51,901 nt of DNA from Octopus bimaculoides. Its lineage: Eukaryota. Where the stretch lies: contig NC_068984.1 of the NCBI RefSeq assembly GCF_001194135.2, forward strand, positions 127,870,269-127,922,169. Direction: 5' to 3'. Below, piece after piece: positions 1 to 12,032 of the stretch (position 1 is the stretch's first letter; each line of letters opens with the position of its first letter). A program made the translations under genes and the position numbers. The notes under the pieces are model-generated. The model had not been told where the DNA came from. It worked only from the letters and a program-made list of their open reading frames with translations, and did not search any database.

Positions 1-659
1 TATATATATATATATATATATATCAGAGCAGTGTTCACACAGTTTGATGAACAATTTCAGAAATTTATTTAGAAAATTCTAACTTCAGCAGCAATATTAA
101 CATTTTTTAAATTCTTGTCCTGTAGTTTTCCAAGCTTAATTACTGCTTGCTCTGTACTTTTCCACGTTCAATACTTACAAATATTCTAGGATTCTGTGAC
201 TGCATTTTTCATTCTAGTCTATATTTGTTCCAGGCAATACTTCTATTATTATAATTAATTATATTTACCTTTATAATTGAAAAAAAATGATACTATTGTA
301 AGTATTTTTCAAATACAGATTTTGTTCAAACTTAGAAATTTTGTTTGCATCTAAAAATAACAAATTGTTTTACAAATAAATATATTTTTAAATAATTTTC
401 ATTGTGAAATAATGTTATATTCTAATTAAATAATTACTAATTAGTAGTTTTAATGAGTGGAATTTTTTATTTCAATATGTTTTTAAATGTGCATATCTTA
501 ACACATAAACAGAATAATAAAAATTTATATGAAATCACAAAAAGTTACAAGTTTTTATGCTTTATATTTTTAGACAGGTTTTTTTCTTTTTACAGAATAT
601 TTGTCTCAATGAACTCTTTCATTTAAGTTCAAAAAAATATTATTTTTCTCTTAAAAAGA

Positions 660-1292
660 CAAAAATATTTTGATTTCTTAAACTTATCACCCTTTTTTCT
701 TCACTTAAAGCCACACAACTTTCTTTTGGAGATTATATTTTTTGACATGGTTTCACCATACAATTCTTCTCATAGAGCTCTTTCATCTGAAGTAAATCTC
801 AAACGCAGAATAGCTGTGAAAACAGCTTAGAAGATTGGCTAAATATCCTTAGAAAATGGAAAAATGGCCAGCAAGACACTATGAAATATCAAACCTCATA
901 CCTCTCAGATTCTGGTTAAGTGCTCTGTATTGTTAAGCTAAGTGATCAATGACATCAGATACCATCTTTTATAATGCTAAATATCTTAAAATGACAAAAA
1001 TATTTTGGTTTGTCAAAATAATCACCATATTTCTTTGGTCACTTAAAGCCAGACAGCTTTCTTTATAGCTAATATTTTTTGACAAGGTTTTCACCATAAG
1101 ATTCACTTCATAGGACTCATTCAAACACAAACTATTGTATAGCTTTGTTTTACAGTAGCTGAGCTATTTTGATTCAAAGTCAATTTTGGGGGTTACTTAC
1201 CATTCTTTCATCACTTAAAGCCACACTACTTAGTAGCTACTTCATAGCTAATACTTTTTAATGAGGTTTTCACCAAAAGATTCTTCTCGGTG
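660..1292 (+). repeat. Three degenerate ~110-bp direct repeats
   Basis: Core tcacttaaagccaca...atattttttgaca.ggtttcacca.a..attc recurs at about 700, 1039 and 1211. Confidence 0.75.
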
Positions 1293-1542
1293 AACACATT
1301 TTTTAAAACCCAATTAATCTATACTTTCCTTCTTAGAATAACTGAGATATTACAGTTGAAAATCAGTTTTTCACCTTACTCTTCCATTTTTGACCTCACA
1401 TATTTTAATCTAACTTTTTTTTTAATGAACTAAATTTCAATTATTTGACCTCAAAATTCATCCAAAGACTGGAGTATCATTGCTAAAAAAACTTCATTCA
1501 GTTTAGTTGAGAACTGAATTAGTGAAGTACTAAAGAGTAACT

Positions 1543-1881
1543 TGTGAAGATGCATAGCTCAGTGGTTAGAGCGTTGAACTTACGACCGTGAGGTTGTGAG
1601 TTCGAATTCCGGACCGGGCTGTGTGTTGTGTTCTTGAGCAAGACACTTTATTTCACGTTGCTCCAGTTCACTCAGCTGTAGAAATGAGTTGCGACGTCAC
1701 TGGGGCCAAGCTGTATCGGCCTTTGCCTTTCCCTTGGATGACATCGGTGGCGTGGAGAGGGGAGGCTGGTATGCATGGGCGACTGCTGGTCTTCCATAAA
1801 CAACCTTGCCCGGACTTGTGCCTCGGAGGGTAACTTTCTAGGTGCAATCCCATGGTCATTTGTGACCGAAGGAGGTCTCCA
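1543..1881 (+). mobile_element. Full-length tRNA-derived SINE (head A + tail X) with 11-bp TSD
   Basis: A-box TAGCTCAGTGG, B-box GTTCGAATTCC, then CORE-like cttgagcaagacactttatttcac. TSD aaagagtaact at 1532-1542 and 1882-1892. Confidence 0.92.
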
Positions 1882-2044
1882 AAAGAGTAACTAAAAGTTA
1901 ACCTCAAGAACATACTCACACACTGCCATGAGTGAATGATATATATATACTTATATAATAAATTTTGAAGAGACCAAAGTAGGTGGAAATCTGAAGGTGG
2001 AAGGTCAGGGAATTTAGAAGCTGCAGCTAAGTTTCCCAGCTGTA

Positions 2045-2195
2045 TACAAAGAGGTACCCAAAAGTAACCAGAAACGTTTCTGTGGGCCAATTCCAATCTA
2101 TGTATTCTGGATTTGCTGTCAGTATATAAATACTATAGGGCTAAGTGCACTAATTTGTCCAGGAACCTGGAATGCCACGAAAACAGCCCTGGGTT
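2045..2195 (+). mobile_element. Tc1/mariner-type terminal fragment
   Basis: TA followed by caaagaggtacccaaaagtaaccagaaa, resembling mariner TIRs. No partner TIR found. Confidence 0.5.
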
Positions 2196-2480
2196 CTGTT
2201 TGTGTTGTGTTATGTGCATTATATATGTTGTGTGGGTCTTATGTATATTGTATTGTACAGGTATTATGTATGTTGTAGTGTGTGTATTTTGTATACGTGA
2301 TGTGTTGTGTGTTTTATGTATGTTATCTTGTGTGGGTATTGTGTATGTTGTTGTTTATGCTGTATTGTGTGTGTATCATGTGTTATGTGTGAGCAATATG
2401 TGTATTGTATTTTGTGTACGTTATTCATGCTGAATGTCTTCTCTGTGTTTTCAGTCTCTCATGTGTTGTTTTGTACAGAT
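2195..2480. repeat. Degenerate TG/TGT low-complexity tract
   Basis: Directly visible imperfect (TG)/(TTG)/(TATG) array. Confidence 0.9.
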
Positions 2481-2944
2481 GTTGTTTGGAGATGGGGTTA
2501 ATGTTCCTTTGGCATTTTTTAAAATGTTAACTTTTATTCTTCAAAGACTGCAAAATCTTGCAAACACTCCATATTGAGAATAGAATAAAAATTTCATTAA
2601 TGTTGTATGCAAAAGTGTGGTACATTGAAATTTCGCTTCAGACAATTCATAAGTTAAATAAATAAGATAAGACACCAAAGATTTCTGAGATAATATGCAA
2701 GAAAGAGCATTAAAAAAAAATCAAATCAATAAAGGTAGTAAAATATACACTGTTAAATATTTACCATTTGGTCTCTGGCATTTTTTCTAGTTGAATGTCA
2801 GTCAGTTTCATGATATAGCATCAGAGAAAAGGCTGTTTCATTGTCATCATTGCCATTGTGTTATCATCATCATCATCATCATCGTTGTTGTCATCGTCAT
2901 CATCATCATCATAACCATCATCACCATCATCACCATCATCACCA

Positions 2945-3275
2945 TCATTTAACGTCCACTTTTCCATGCCTGCATGGGTCAGACACAGTTTGTTGAGGCA
3001 GATTTTCTACAACTGGATGCCCTTCCTGTTGCCAACCTGCACCCATTTCCAACTAAGGCAATATTTCCTTGTGGTCAGACACGTTTTTCACAGAAGACGG
3101 GAAATGAAGAACATTGCCGTATGACAGACAGTAAAATGCATTTACAAAAATCAGGCAATGCCAAGACAGGGAAATGTCAACTCATACACATACTGGCACA
3201 AGGTGCAACACAATGGGACTGAACATGGAACCATGTGGTCGAGAAGCAAGCTTCTTAGCTACACAGCCATGCCTG
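2945..3275 (-). mobile_element. tRNA-derived SINE with (GAT)n tail of RTE-like type
   Basis: Minus strand head ggcatggctgtgtagctaagaagcttgc...ttcagtccc and 3' end gcatggaaaagtggacgttaaatgatg. Confidence 0.8.
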
Positions 3276-3379
3276 CACCTCTCTCTAAATTACAATACAA
3301 CATTATGTTTAGAGCAAAACCAAAGTCTGCAGAGAATTGTGAGATACTGGCAATGTCAAATATTATTCAGTAAATATTG

Positions 3380-3686
3380 CAAGTGGAGGCACAATGGCCC
3401 AGTGGTTAGGGCAGCGAACTTGCAGTCGGAGGATCGTGGTTTCGATTCGTTGTGTGTGTTTATTGAGCAAAAACACCTAAAGCTCCACGAGGCTCTGGCA
3501 GAGGGTGGTGGCGACCCCTGTTGTACTCTTTCACCCCAAATTTCTCTCACTCATTCTTCCTGTTTCTTGAGTAAAGCTGCGATTGACTGGCGTCTCATCC
3601 AGCTAGGGGGAACACATACGCCATAGAAACCGGGAAACCAGGCCCATGAGCCTGGCTAGGCTTTAAAAGGATGCAAAAAAAAAAAA
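3380..3686 (+). mobile_element. Full-length SINE (head B + tail Y) with poly-A and 8-bp TSD
   Basis: tggcccagtggttagggcagcg...ggtttcgattc head, poly-A at 3675-3689, TSD aaatattg at 3372-3379 and 3687-3694. Confidence 0.88.
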
Positions 3687-4104
3687 AAATATTGTGAGCC
3701 TATTTGTATGCCATTGTGAGTTGAGGAATCTGCCATTTCAGAACAGATTGCTTCATCTGAGAGATACTAAAAGAAAAAGCAATGTTTTCTCTCCCAGATG
3801 AAGAGCAAGTAGTCTCAAAAGGGAGGACTCCTCTTTCTCCCCACAGCAAATTCATGAATCATACATTATTCTGGTAGTGTAATTTTTGTTTAACACCAGG
3901 TCTCTCATGATTAAGTAGATCTATGATCAGAGGCATTTGACTATGTTGTCATTTCGCATATTCTAGAACTACATTATCCAGTGTCTTTTTTATTTTTTAA
4001 GTAGAATTTGATTTGTGAGAGAGTCAATGAGAGAGATTTGTTTGTTATTTGTTGTATATTGAGTGACCACATAGAGGTGCCTTCTATTATGGCGTTTGCT
4101 GTAG

Positions 4105-4292
4105 TTGCTATTGTTAGATTCATTGTTATTGTTTAGCTCTAGGACAGACTGACTGAGCTGACCTCTGGTACTTTTTCATCAACCCTGAAAAGATGAAAGG
4201 CAAAGTCGACCTTAGTGACATTTGAACTCAGAACATAAAACTGGAAGAAATGCCATTCTGCATTTTGTCCTGTGTGGGAACAATTCTGCCAG
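4105..4292 (-). mobile_element. Degenerate SINE with MetaSINE-like central domain
   Basis: Minus strand gtcgactttgcctttcatcttttcagggttgatgaaaaagtacca. Same family as 9300-9487. Domain name recalled from literature, not searched. Confidence 0.65.
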
Positions 4293-4309
4293 GTAATAAA
4301 ACTAGAATA

Positions 4310-5185
4310 ATAAAATGGAATATAGCATGTAGACTTAAATGCAAGGAAAACTGCATTCAGATCATAAACCATTCTGTTTCCTTTGGTCAGTTTTACATTA
4401 GTTCTGAGAACAATGTTTCAAATGAGAAAATAATTACAAGTGCTTTGCAAGAATTTTAAGAGTACTAACATTTTTGGTCATGTAGTTCCATATTCTGAGA
4501 AATTCAGACTGGATATTTATTCATGATTATTGTTACACGTTCACATTCAATTTCTTCTAAATCAGCTCCAAATGTAATGGATTTTTGCTTCCAAGTAGGA
4601 TTGAATTAGAAGTCGGCTAACTGCATTTATATATCTCCTAAGTTTAACCACTCAAACACATTCATGAAATCTGCTTCAACAGGATATTTTATAAATTGTA
4701 TTGATTTTTCACCTCGCTCTCTGAATTGCACAAATCTAAAAGAAAACTGCTCAGTCATGGCATTTATAACTTCGCTAAACCATTTTGCATGTTGTTCAAG
4801 TTTCTTACAGCTGGGTTCTTTACAAAAAAAGGCAAAAGAAAAAATGTATTAATAATAAAAATGTCTTCACTCTTGGGAAGCATTTGAAATTTTTACTTTC
4901 TAATTCACACTGGAATATGCCAAGTCTCAAAACAGTTGATCAAGCTCCAAACATCATGTGAATAGATTTCTCCGAAACCTTGCAATTTAATATTAAGTTC
5001 CTTTAGATGCAATGAAAAATCTATGGAAGAAAAAAAAGCATAGATTTACTGAGCTCAGCTAAAACATTTAGCTGAGGAAAATCATGCTCAAAGCTTTTCA
5101 TATCAAAAAAATATTCTGATTTCACTTAAAGATTCAACAAACTATTCAAGTACTAGGCAAATTTTCCCAACTAATCCATCATGAT
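4310..5185 (-). pseudogene. Decayed hAT (Charlie/GTF2IRD2-EPM2AIP1-like) transposase, C-terminal part
   Basis: Minus-strand translation with frameshifts and stops: HLKELNIKLQGFG; FSEVINAMTEQFSFRFVQF...FIKYPVEADF; LGDI*MQLADF*FNPTWKQK...DLEEIECER; then a hATC-like dimerisation segment ending FKSTCYIP. Confidence 0.85.
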
Positions 5186-5219
5186 TAGAATCTCTGAGAA
5201 AATGTTGCACTATAAGGCA

Positions 5220-5396
5220 CAGGTGAGGCTCTGTGGTAAGAAGTTTGCTTCCCAACCACATGGCTCCTGGTTCAGTCTTACTGCATGGCACTTTGAGTAA
5301 GTGTCTTCTTCTAGAGCCTCAGGTTGACCAAAACCTTGTGAGTGGATTTGGTAAACGGAAACTGAAGGAAGCTTGTCACACACACAAGAACTTTTA

Positions 5397-5449
<53 letters not shown>

Positions 5450-5645
5450 GTATCAATGTGTGTGTCTTTGTGTCTGTGTCTATCTATCCACCACTGCCTG
5501 ATAACTGGTGTGTTGGTGTATTTACATCCCATGACTTAGCAGTTCAGCAAAAGATACCGATAGAATAAGTAAGTACCAGGCTTAAAAAAAAAGAAAACAT
5601 AAGTCGTGGGGTTGATTTGTTCAACTAAACTCCTTCAAGTTGGAA
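5220..5645 (+). mobile_element. Bipartite CORE-like SINE with internal (TA/TATG) microsatellite
   Basis: gctctgtggtaagaagtttgcttcccaaccacatgg...ggcactttgagtaagtgtcttc...gtgagtggatttggtaaacggaaactgaa, then microsatellite, then gtgtttacatcccatgacttagcagttcagcaaaag tail. Confidence 0.85.
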
Positions 5646-5799
5646 GGACGCATAAAAAAAAAAATTTATTCCATTTGATCACTTTTGCTAAATTACTAAA
5701 TTAGGGTGAACATAAACAAACCAACACTGGTTGTCAAGTGATGGTGCGACAAACATATACACACACACTGCCATACATGCATGAACTCACTACACACTC

Positions 5800-5926
5800 A
5801 TATAGCGTAGTCGTGTTGTTAAGAAGCTTGTTTCCCAACCATGTGTCTTTGAGTTCATTGCCACTGTGTGGCACCTTGGGCAAGTGTTTTCTACTACAGC
5901 CCTGAGTTGACCAAAGCCTTGTGAAA
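5800..5926 (+). mobile_element. SINE head fragment of the same family, truncating the adjacent R4-like element
   Basis: gttgttaagaagcttgtttcccaaccatg...ggcaccttgggcaagtg...gaccaaagccttgtga. Confidence 0.8.
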
Positions 5927-6478
5927 TTGTTTCCTTTCTGTTGCCATGCATCCTACAAAGGGGCGACTGACTACACTTATCTAGTTGGAACTTGGTGTAA
6001 TTAGTTCTCAGAGCTTGTTCCTGGCTGCTGCATATCAATGCCTCAGTGCATCCTTTCAGATCACCTTTTGTTAGCCACCCCCAAGTGTTAATCTTGTCTT
6101 TTCCTTTGATTTCTCTGAGGAATTGCCCATGCAGTATAATTTCATTTTCCAGTTGTTAACTCTTTCTTCTTCATCTTGTTTCTTAAATATTTATATGTGC
6201 ATCACATGTTCGGTATGTATTATATTGTTAATTCTAACAGCAGCAAGCAAGGATTCACTTTGCTGTTTGATGTACCATTCCAGACTGTTCTTCTCATTGA
6301 CAACACAGATCTTACATCCAATGAGACCTCTTCCACCTCTGTTTCTAGGTACATACGTCTGTCAGTATAGCTTTTTAAGATGTAGTTCCTTGTTAATTGT
6401 CATCACTTTTCTAGTTTTCCTGTCCATTTCCTCAAGCTTGTTCTTTGTCTACCTAACAACAGCTGTGCTGTATTGCAT
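5927..6478 (-). pseudogene. R4/Dong-like RLE non-LTR retrotransposon fragment (RT thumb to Zn-knuckle)
   Basis: Minus translation: LEEMDRKTRKVMTINKELH; MYVPRNRGGRGLIGCKICVVNEKNSLEWYIK; ICSSQEQALRTNYTKFQLDKCSQSPLCRM...ETIS. These are characteristic R4-clade motifs. Confidence 0.85.
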
Positions 6479-6493
6479 TATCATTATTATTAC

Positions 6494-6575
<82 letters not shown>
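6479..6575. repeat. (ATT)n microsatellite
   Basis: About 30 near-perfect ATT units. Confidence 0.98.
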
Positions 6576-6759
6576 GTGTTGGAGGAGCTTTGTGAAAGGG
6601 AAATATTTCACTAGTTAACGATGATCTAGCAATGGTAATGGAAGATTTAATGAAGCTGCTGACCTTGTCACAGATAGTGGGGACTAATGGTGGCTTTGTT
6701 TACTGGCCTGTTTTGTTACTAAGTAGTATCTCTTATGGTTATGTACTGTCCCTTATGGA

Positions 6760-7030
6760 TGGAGGGTGAGGAAGGAAGAGGAGGTAGAGGTGAGATGGGG
6801 AGGAGGCAAGGTGGAGAGGAGATAAAGTGAGTCAAATGCGATATGGAAGGAGAGGGAGGGAGAGAAAGGAAAGAAGTGTAAGCAGAGGAGGAGACGAGGT
6901 GGATGAGCAGGGGAGGAGACAGAGGAAGAGAACAAAGGGTTGAGGGAATGGTGAAGGAAGAGGGAAGGGAGAGTAGGAGGAGAGAAGGATAGAGGATGGA
7001 TAGGGGGATGAAGTGAGAGGGAGAAGTGGA

Positions 7031-7074
<44 letters not shown>

Positions 7075-7330
7075 AAATAAGGAGTTGGGGGAGGAAGAGG
7101 AGGAAGAGAAGGAGAGGCACAGGGTGGTTGGAAGGGCAGAGGACCCCTCCCCTCCAGAGGAGATTAGGTAGACATATATGAGAGAGGTGAGGAGAGGCGG
7201 AGGGGAAAGAGAAAGAAAAAGAAGAAAGACAAAAAGAAGGAAAGAAGGAAGGAAGGAAGTGAAGAAAGATAATATTGTGATTCTTACTTAAAGGAGTAAA
7301 GAAAGAAAATTGGAAAGTAAAGCAGAATTG
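6760..7330. repeat. Polypurine (GA/GGA/GAA) tract
   Basis: More than 550 bp of almost pure A/G on the + strand, including (GA)n. Confidence 0.95.
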
Positions 7331-7779
7331 ATGATATGAAAATAATAAATAAATAAAAAACAAAAACGGTGAGAAATAAATAGTTACTGGATTCTGTTTC
7401 AAAATATCCAAGCAGCTCCCTTTCATTCAGTTACTTGGAGAAATTTCTTCCAATAAATCAGAAATTCCTGGGCAGAAGATAAGTTTGAGATGAAATTAAA
7501 ACGAAAATTCTCTCTTCAGAGATTAAGAAAAAGATAAAGTGATAGGAATTATTATATGAAGAATAAGTGGAACCAGGATTTCTGGCAGTTTTCTGATTCT
7601 TTCTATGGAAGAATTATGCTTTATCCTGTAGCTTACCAATGTTCATTGTTTTCTGGTGGTTTATTGCATCTTTTTCATTTACATTTGAATTTTTTCTTTG
7701 TTTTTTTTTTTTTGTCTTAAAAGCACACCTCGATTCATTGACATATAAATGCAATAAAGGATATTATATACTTCTCTGT

Positions 7780-8005
7780 TGTAGAGGTGCATGGCTTAGT
7801 GGTTGAGGTATTGGACTCATCATTGTAAGATTGTGCTTTTGACTCCTGGACTGGGTAATATGTTGCAATCTTGAGCAAAACACCTCATTTCATGTTGCTT
7901 CAATCTGCTCAACTGGTAAAAATGAGTAATCCTGCGACAGACTGGTGTCCCATCCTAGACAGAATATATACACCAGAGAAACTTGGAAACTGGTCAGCTC
8001 CATGT
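7780..8005 (+). mobile_element. SINE (head A + tail Y)
   Basis: catggcttagtggttgagg head; cttgagcaaaacacctcatttcatg central part as in 1543; gactggtgtcccatcc...gaaactggtc tail as in 3380. Confidence 0.8.
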
Positions 8006-8126
8006 TCTTACAGAGTAATGTGAACTAACCTAGCCATGCTCTTTTTCAATCAGCTAATAAGAGCAGCCAAATCTCCTTCAAATCACATTCTACTGTCTTA
8101 AAAAAAATGGTAAGATACATTTTTAT

Positions 8127-8157
<31 letters not shown>

Positions 8158-8324
8158 ATAGAAATTGAACAGGAAAGTAATGTGTGAAGAGGAAAGGAGC
8201 CTGAGTTAACAATGGTGAATCAGATGGGTCAGTAAAGATAGATGAATATAAGTTATTGAGAAAATGCAATTAGATTAAGTATTTTGAAAATGTTACAGGA
8301 AAGATGATAGTCTGAGATCATCAT

Positions 8325-8540
8325 CATCATCGTCATCATCGTTTAACGTCCACCTTCCATGCTAGTATGGGTTGGACGATTTGACTGAGGACTAGCAAAC
8401 CATATGGCTGCACCAGGCTCCAATCTGATCTGGCTGAGTTTCTACAGCTGGATGCCCTTCCTAATGCCAACCACTCTGAGACTGTAGTGGGTGCTTTTAC
8501 GTGCCACCAGCACGAGGGCCAGCCAGGTGGTACTGACAAG
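8325..8540 (-). mobile_element. SINE/RTE-tail family copy
   Basis: catcatcgtttaacgtccaccttccatgctagtatgggttggacg...ggatgcccttcctaatgccaacc. Confidence 0.85.
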
Positions 8541-8670
8541 ATATATTATGTAAACGATAAAAATATGAATGGTCACAGCTGAAATATATTTGATGAAGGT
8601 TAAGCTGGGGTTAAGCAACAAAATTAGATATATTATGTTATATACCAAGTATACAGGGTAAAAGATAAAG

Positions 8671-8872
8671 ACCCCCTCTGGTCTTGAATGACCATGGGAT
8701 TGCACGTAGAAAGTTTCTCTCTGAGACATAAATCCAGGCAAGGTTGTTTATGGAAGACCAGTAGTCACCCATGCATACTAGCCTCTCCTCTCTCCATGCC
8801 ACCGATGTTATCCAAGGAAAAAGCAAACACTGATATAGCTTGGCACCAGTGACATCACAACAGCTGAGTGAA
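8671..8872 (-). mobile_element. 5'-truncated copy of the 1543 SINE (tail X)
   Basis: Reverse complement matches about 1670-1880. Confidence 0.88.
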
Positions 8873-8914
8873 ATGGAAGAAGAAGAAGAAGAAGAAGAAG
8901 AAGAAGAAGAAGAA

Positions 8915-9245
8915 GGTGCTAGATAATTGACTTTACAGTCCCAAATGATGAAAAAATCAATATGAGAGGTATAGAAAAAAAGAGCAAAGTACCAGGGCCT
9001 AGCCATTGAATTACAGGGACTATGGAAAGTGCGGGTAAACTGTATCCCAGTAGTTATTGGTGCATTAGGGACTATCCCTAAAGATTTGAACAGATGGACA
9101 GAGGAAATAGTACAACTCCAGAAAACAGTATTATTAGGGACAGCTAGGATACTTAAGGGGATCTTGGCATTTAAGGTTACTTGTTGTAGCCTGATGTTAA
9201 GAATTTTTCTTTTCCAACAGTCTAATTTGTTTTGTGCATATGAAT
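8915..9245 (+). pseudogene. 5'-truncated R4/Dong-like element: restriction-like endonuclease C-terminus, 3' UTR and (AAT/GAT)n tail
   Basis: IIDFTVPNDEKINMRGIEKK/KYQGLAIELQGLWKVRVNCIPVVIGALGTIPK...LQKTVLLGTARIL (PD-(D/E)xK RLE motif). Preceded by (GAA)n at 8877-8914. Confidence 0.88.
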
Positions 9246-9299
9246 AATGATGATGATGACGATGATGATAATGATTTCCAATTTTTGCACAAGGCTAGC

Positions 9300-9487
9300 A
9301 ATATTAGGGGACTGGGTAAGTCAATTACATTGACCCTGGTTCAACTGGGACTTATTTTATCTACCCTGAAAGGATGTGAAAGGCAAGGAAGACCTTGGTG
9401 GAATTTGAACTCTGAATGTAGAGACAGACAAAATGGCGCTAAGCACTTTGCCCAGTCTGCTAAAAATTCTGCCAGCTCACCACCTTA
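9300..9487 (-). mobile_element. tRNA-derived SINE with MetaSINE-like core
   Basis: Minus strand: aaggtggtgagctggcagaatttttagc...cagagttcaaattccaccaagg...cctttcacatcctttcagggtagataaaataagt. Confidence 0.75.
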
Positions 9488-9552
9488 ATAATAATAAAAA
9501 TAATAATAATAATCATTGCCATTGTTGTCATCATCATCATCATCATTCTCAA

Positions 9553-9593
<41 letters not shown>

Positions 9594-9878
9594 ATCACCA
9601 TATTATTAATAAAATGACTTGCTCACTCCTTTATCAATAAACAACTTATATCAATAAAACTACTTGCTCATTCCACTCTCCTTGTGAATAATTATCCCTA
9701 CAAATATTTATGGATTTTCAGAAGCATGTTCATATCATAAAACAATCAGTCTCTGATTTGAAGTCATAAATCATAGCCTGAACCCATTGATGAGCTTAAC
9801 AGAGTAAACTTCATGATTAACACCCAAATGAAATTGACATCATGTGGTTGTGGATGAACACAAAGACACACCCACTCT

Positions 9879-9921
<43 letters not shown>

Positions 9922-9989
9922 AATGATATATGAGCATATGCATGTATACATATATGTACATACCTACATCTACATGTATATATAGATGC

Positions 9990-10270
9990 ATATCCAGATA
10001 CAGGACGTCAAAAAACGTGGACAAAAAAGGAATGAGAATATAAACAAAGAACAAAAAACGGACTTTTCTTTACAGACAACAGAATTAACACATAGGAAAA
10101 CAGACAAGCCACTTATGGAACTTTTCCTTCATCAGCTGCCTCTATTCTAAACTAGGTGTTTCGAAGATGAGGCAGAACACGCTTTTAGAATAGCTCTTCC
10201 CGCGAAGTGGATTAACCTGCTAAGTGGAGGATTCCAAATTAACAAACAAAGACCAAGACTGGAAAAATTA
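9990..10270. repeat. Interspersed repeat, second copy at 28120-28440 (possibly a Penelope-type terminal repeat)
   Basis: Shared aaaaacgtggac...aaaacggactttt...ccttcatcagctg...tttcgaag between the two loci. Class assignment is tentative. Confidence 0.6.
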
Positions 10271-10437
10271 AACAGTGAAAACTTTGACTGGCTTCTGTGC
10301 TGGTGGCACATAAAAAGCACCATCCAATCGTGGTCAATGCCAGCTCCTCTGGCCCCTGTGCCAGTGGCACATAAAAAGTACCCACGACACTCTCAGAGTG
10401 GTTGGCGTTAGGAAGGGCATCCAGCTGTTGAAACACT
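10270..10437 (+). mobile_element. SINE/RTE-tail family copy cut by a gap
   Basis: ggcacataaaaagcacc repeats, then gtggttggcgttaggaagggcatccagctg. Confidence 0.8.
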
Positions 10438-11291
10438 NNNNNNNNNNNNNNNNNNNNNNNNNNNNNNNNNNNNNNNNNNNNNNNNNNNNNNNNNNNNNNN
10501 NNNNNNNNNNNNNNNNNNNNNNNNNNNNNNNNNNNNNNNNNNNNNNNNNNNNNNNNNNNNNNNNNNNNNNNNNNNNNNNNNNNNNNNNNNNNNNNNNNNN
10601 NNNNNNNNNNNNNNNNNNNNNNNNNNNNNNNNNNNNNNNNNNNNNNNNNNNNNNNNNNNNNNNNNNNNNNNNNNNNNNNNNNNNNNNNNNNNNNNNNNNN
10701 NNNNNNNNNNNNNNNNNNNNNNNNNNNNNNNNNNNNNNNNNNNNNNNNNNNNNNNNNNNNNNNNNNNNNNNNNNNNNNNNNNNNNNNNNNNNNNNNNNNN
10801 NNNNNNNNNNNNNNNNNNNNNNNNNNNNNNNNNNNNNNNNNNNNNNNNNNNNNNNNNNNNNNNNNNNNNNNNNNNNNNNNNNNNNNNNNNNNNNNNNNNN
10901 NNNNNNNNNNNNNNNNNNNNNNNNNNNNNNNNNNNNNNNNNNNNNNNNNNNNNNNNNNNNNNNNNNNNNNNNNNNNNNNNNNNNNNNNNNNNNNNNNNNN
11001 NNNNNNNNNNNNNNNNNNNNNNNNNNNNNNNNNNNNNNNNNNNNNNNNNNNNNNNNNNNNNNNNNNNNNNNNNNNNNNNNNNNNNNNNNNNNNNNNNNNN
11101 NNNNNNNNNNNNNNNNNNNNNNNNNNNNNNNNNNNNNNNNNNNNNNNNNNNNNNNNNNNNNNNNNNNNNNNNNNNNNNNNNNNNNNNNNNNNNNNNNNNN
11201 NNNNNNNNNNNNNNNNNNNNNNNNNNNNNNNNNNNNNNNNNNNNNNNNNNNNNNNNNNNNNNNNNNNNNNNNNNNNNNNNNNNNNNNNNNN

Positions 11292-11324
<33 letters not shown>

Positions 11325-11525
11325 CACACACATATTATATATATGTAATGTACATTTACTATTGACTCTCTTCTTCTTTACCAATATACATCTTGTCCTT
11401 CATTGTACAGCCATTCCATCTCGTACAAGCTACTTGCATCTCTGTTCATTCATTCAGTTCAGTGCATTATCAAAACTGACATCCAATGACCCCTTGTAAT
11501 CTAGCTACCGTTTTAGGCCACTGTA

Positions 11526-11563
<38 letters not shown>

Positions 11564-11689
11564 TATAGTCCAATATACACTACCAATAGGTGCATTTAGA
11601 TATAAATAATTCTTTTAGATATACACACATGCACACACAGACATACATACACACAAACACATTTATATTCATATGTATTTATGTATGTA

Positions 11690-11868
11690 TGGCAATATAT
11701 AGAGAGTGAGATGGCAGAGGAGAAGACAGAGATAGTTTCACAGCATATATATAACTATGAATCCATCTGTACCCCCTTGATATGTATATGTGTGGGTATA
11801 TATATGTGTGCATGTGTTTGCATGTGTCACATGTATACCCTAAATATACAATGAATATTATATATATG

Positions 11869-11948
<80 letters not shown>

Positions 11949-11964
11949 TACCACACACATGCAC

Positions 11965-12032
<68 letters not shown>

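Noticed and set aside
1553-1620. Possible tRNA gene
   Set aside because: A/B boxes are present but the sequence continues into a SINE body with a TSD, and no convincing cloverleaf forms.
3700-3875. Possible + strand exon (DEEQVVSKGRTPLSPHSKFMNHTLF)
   Set aside because: It has a reasonable acceptor and donor but cannot be linked in phase or by motif to the receptor exons, so it is unsupported.
4627-4820. Apparent terminal exon of a minus-strand host gene (PSCKKLEQHAKWFSEVINAM...LGDI*)
   Set aside because: Flanking sequence on both sides continues as hAT transposase motifs across stops and frameshifts.
7438-7717. Minus-strand exon candidates (ISDLLEEISP; TKKKKQRKNS...TMNI)
   Set aside because: They only made sense as upstream exons of the rejected 4627 exon. 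One relies on a homopolymer run, and there is no family motif.
10120-10170. Hammerhead ribozyme-like words (GAAAC ... CTGATGA) here and at about 28250-28290 on the minus strand
   Set aside because: The order would require a type II fold, but the 23-nt spacer cannot form stems III and I, and the 10.1-11.1 pair is mismatched.
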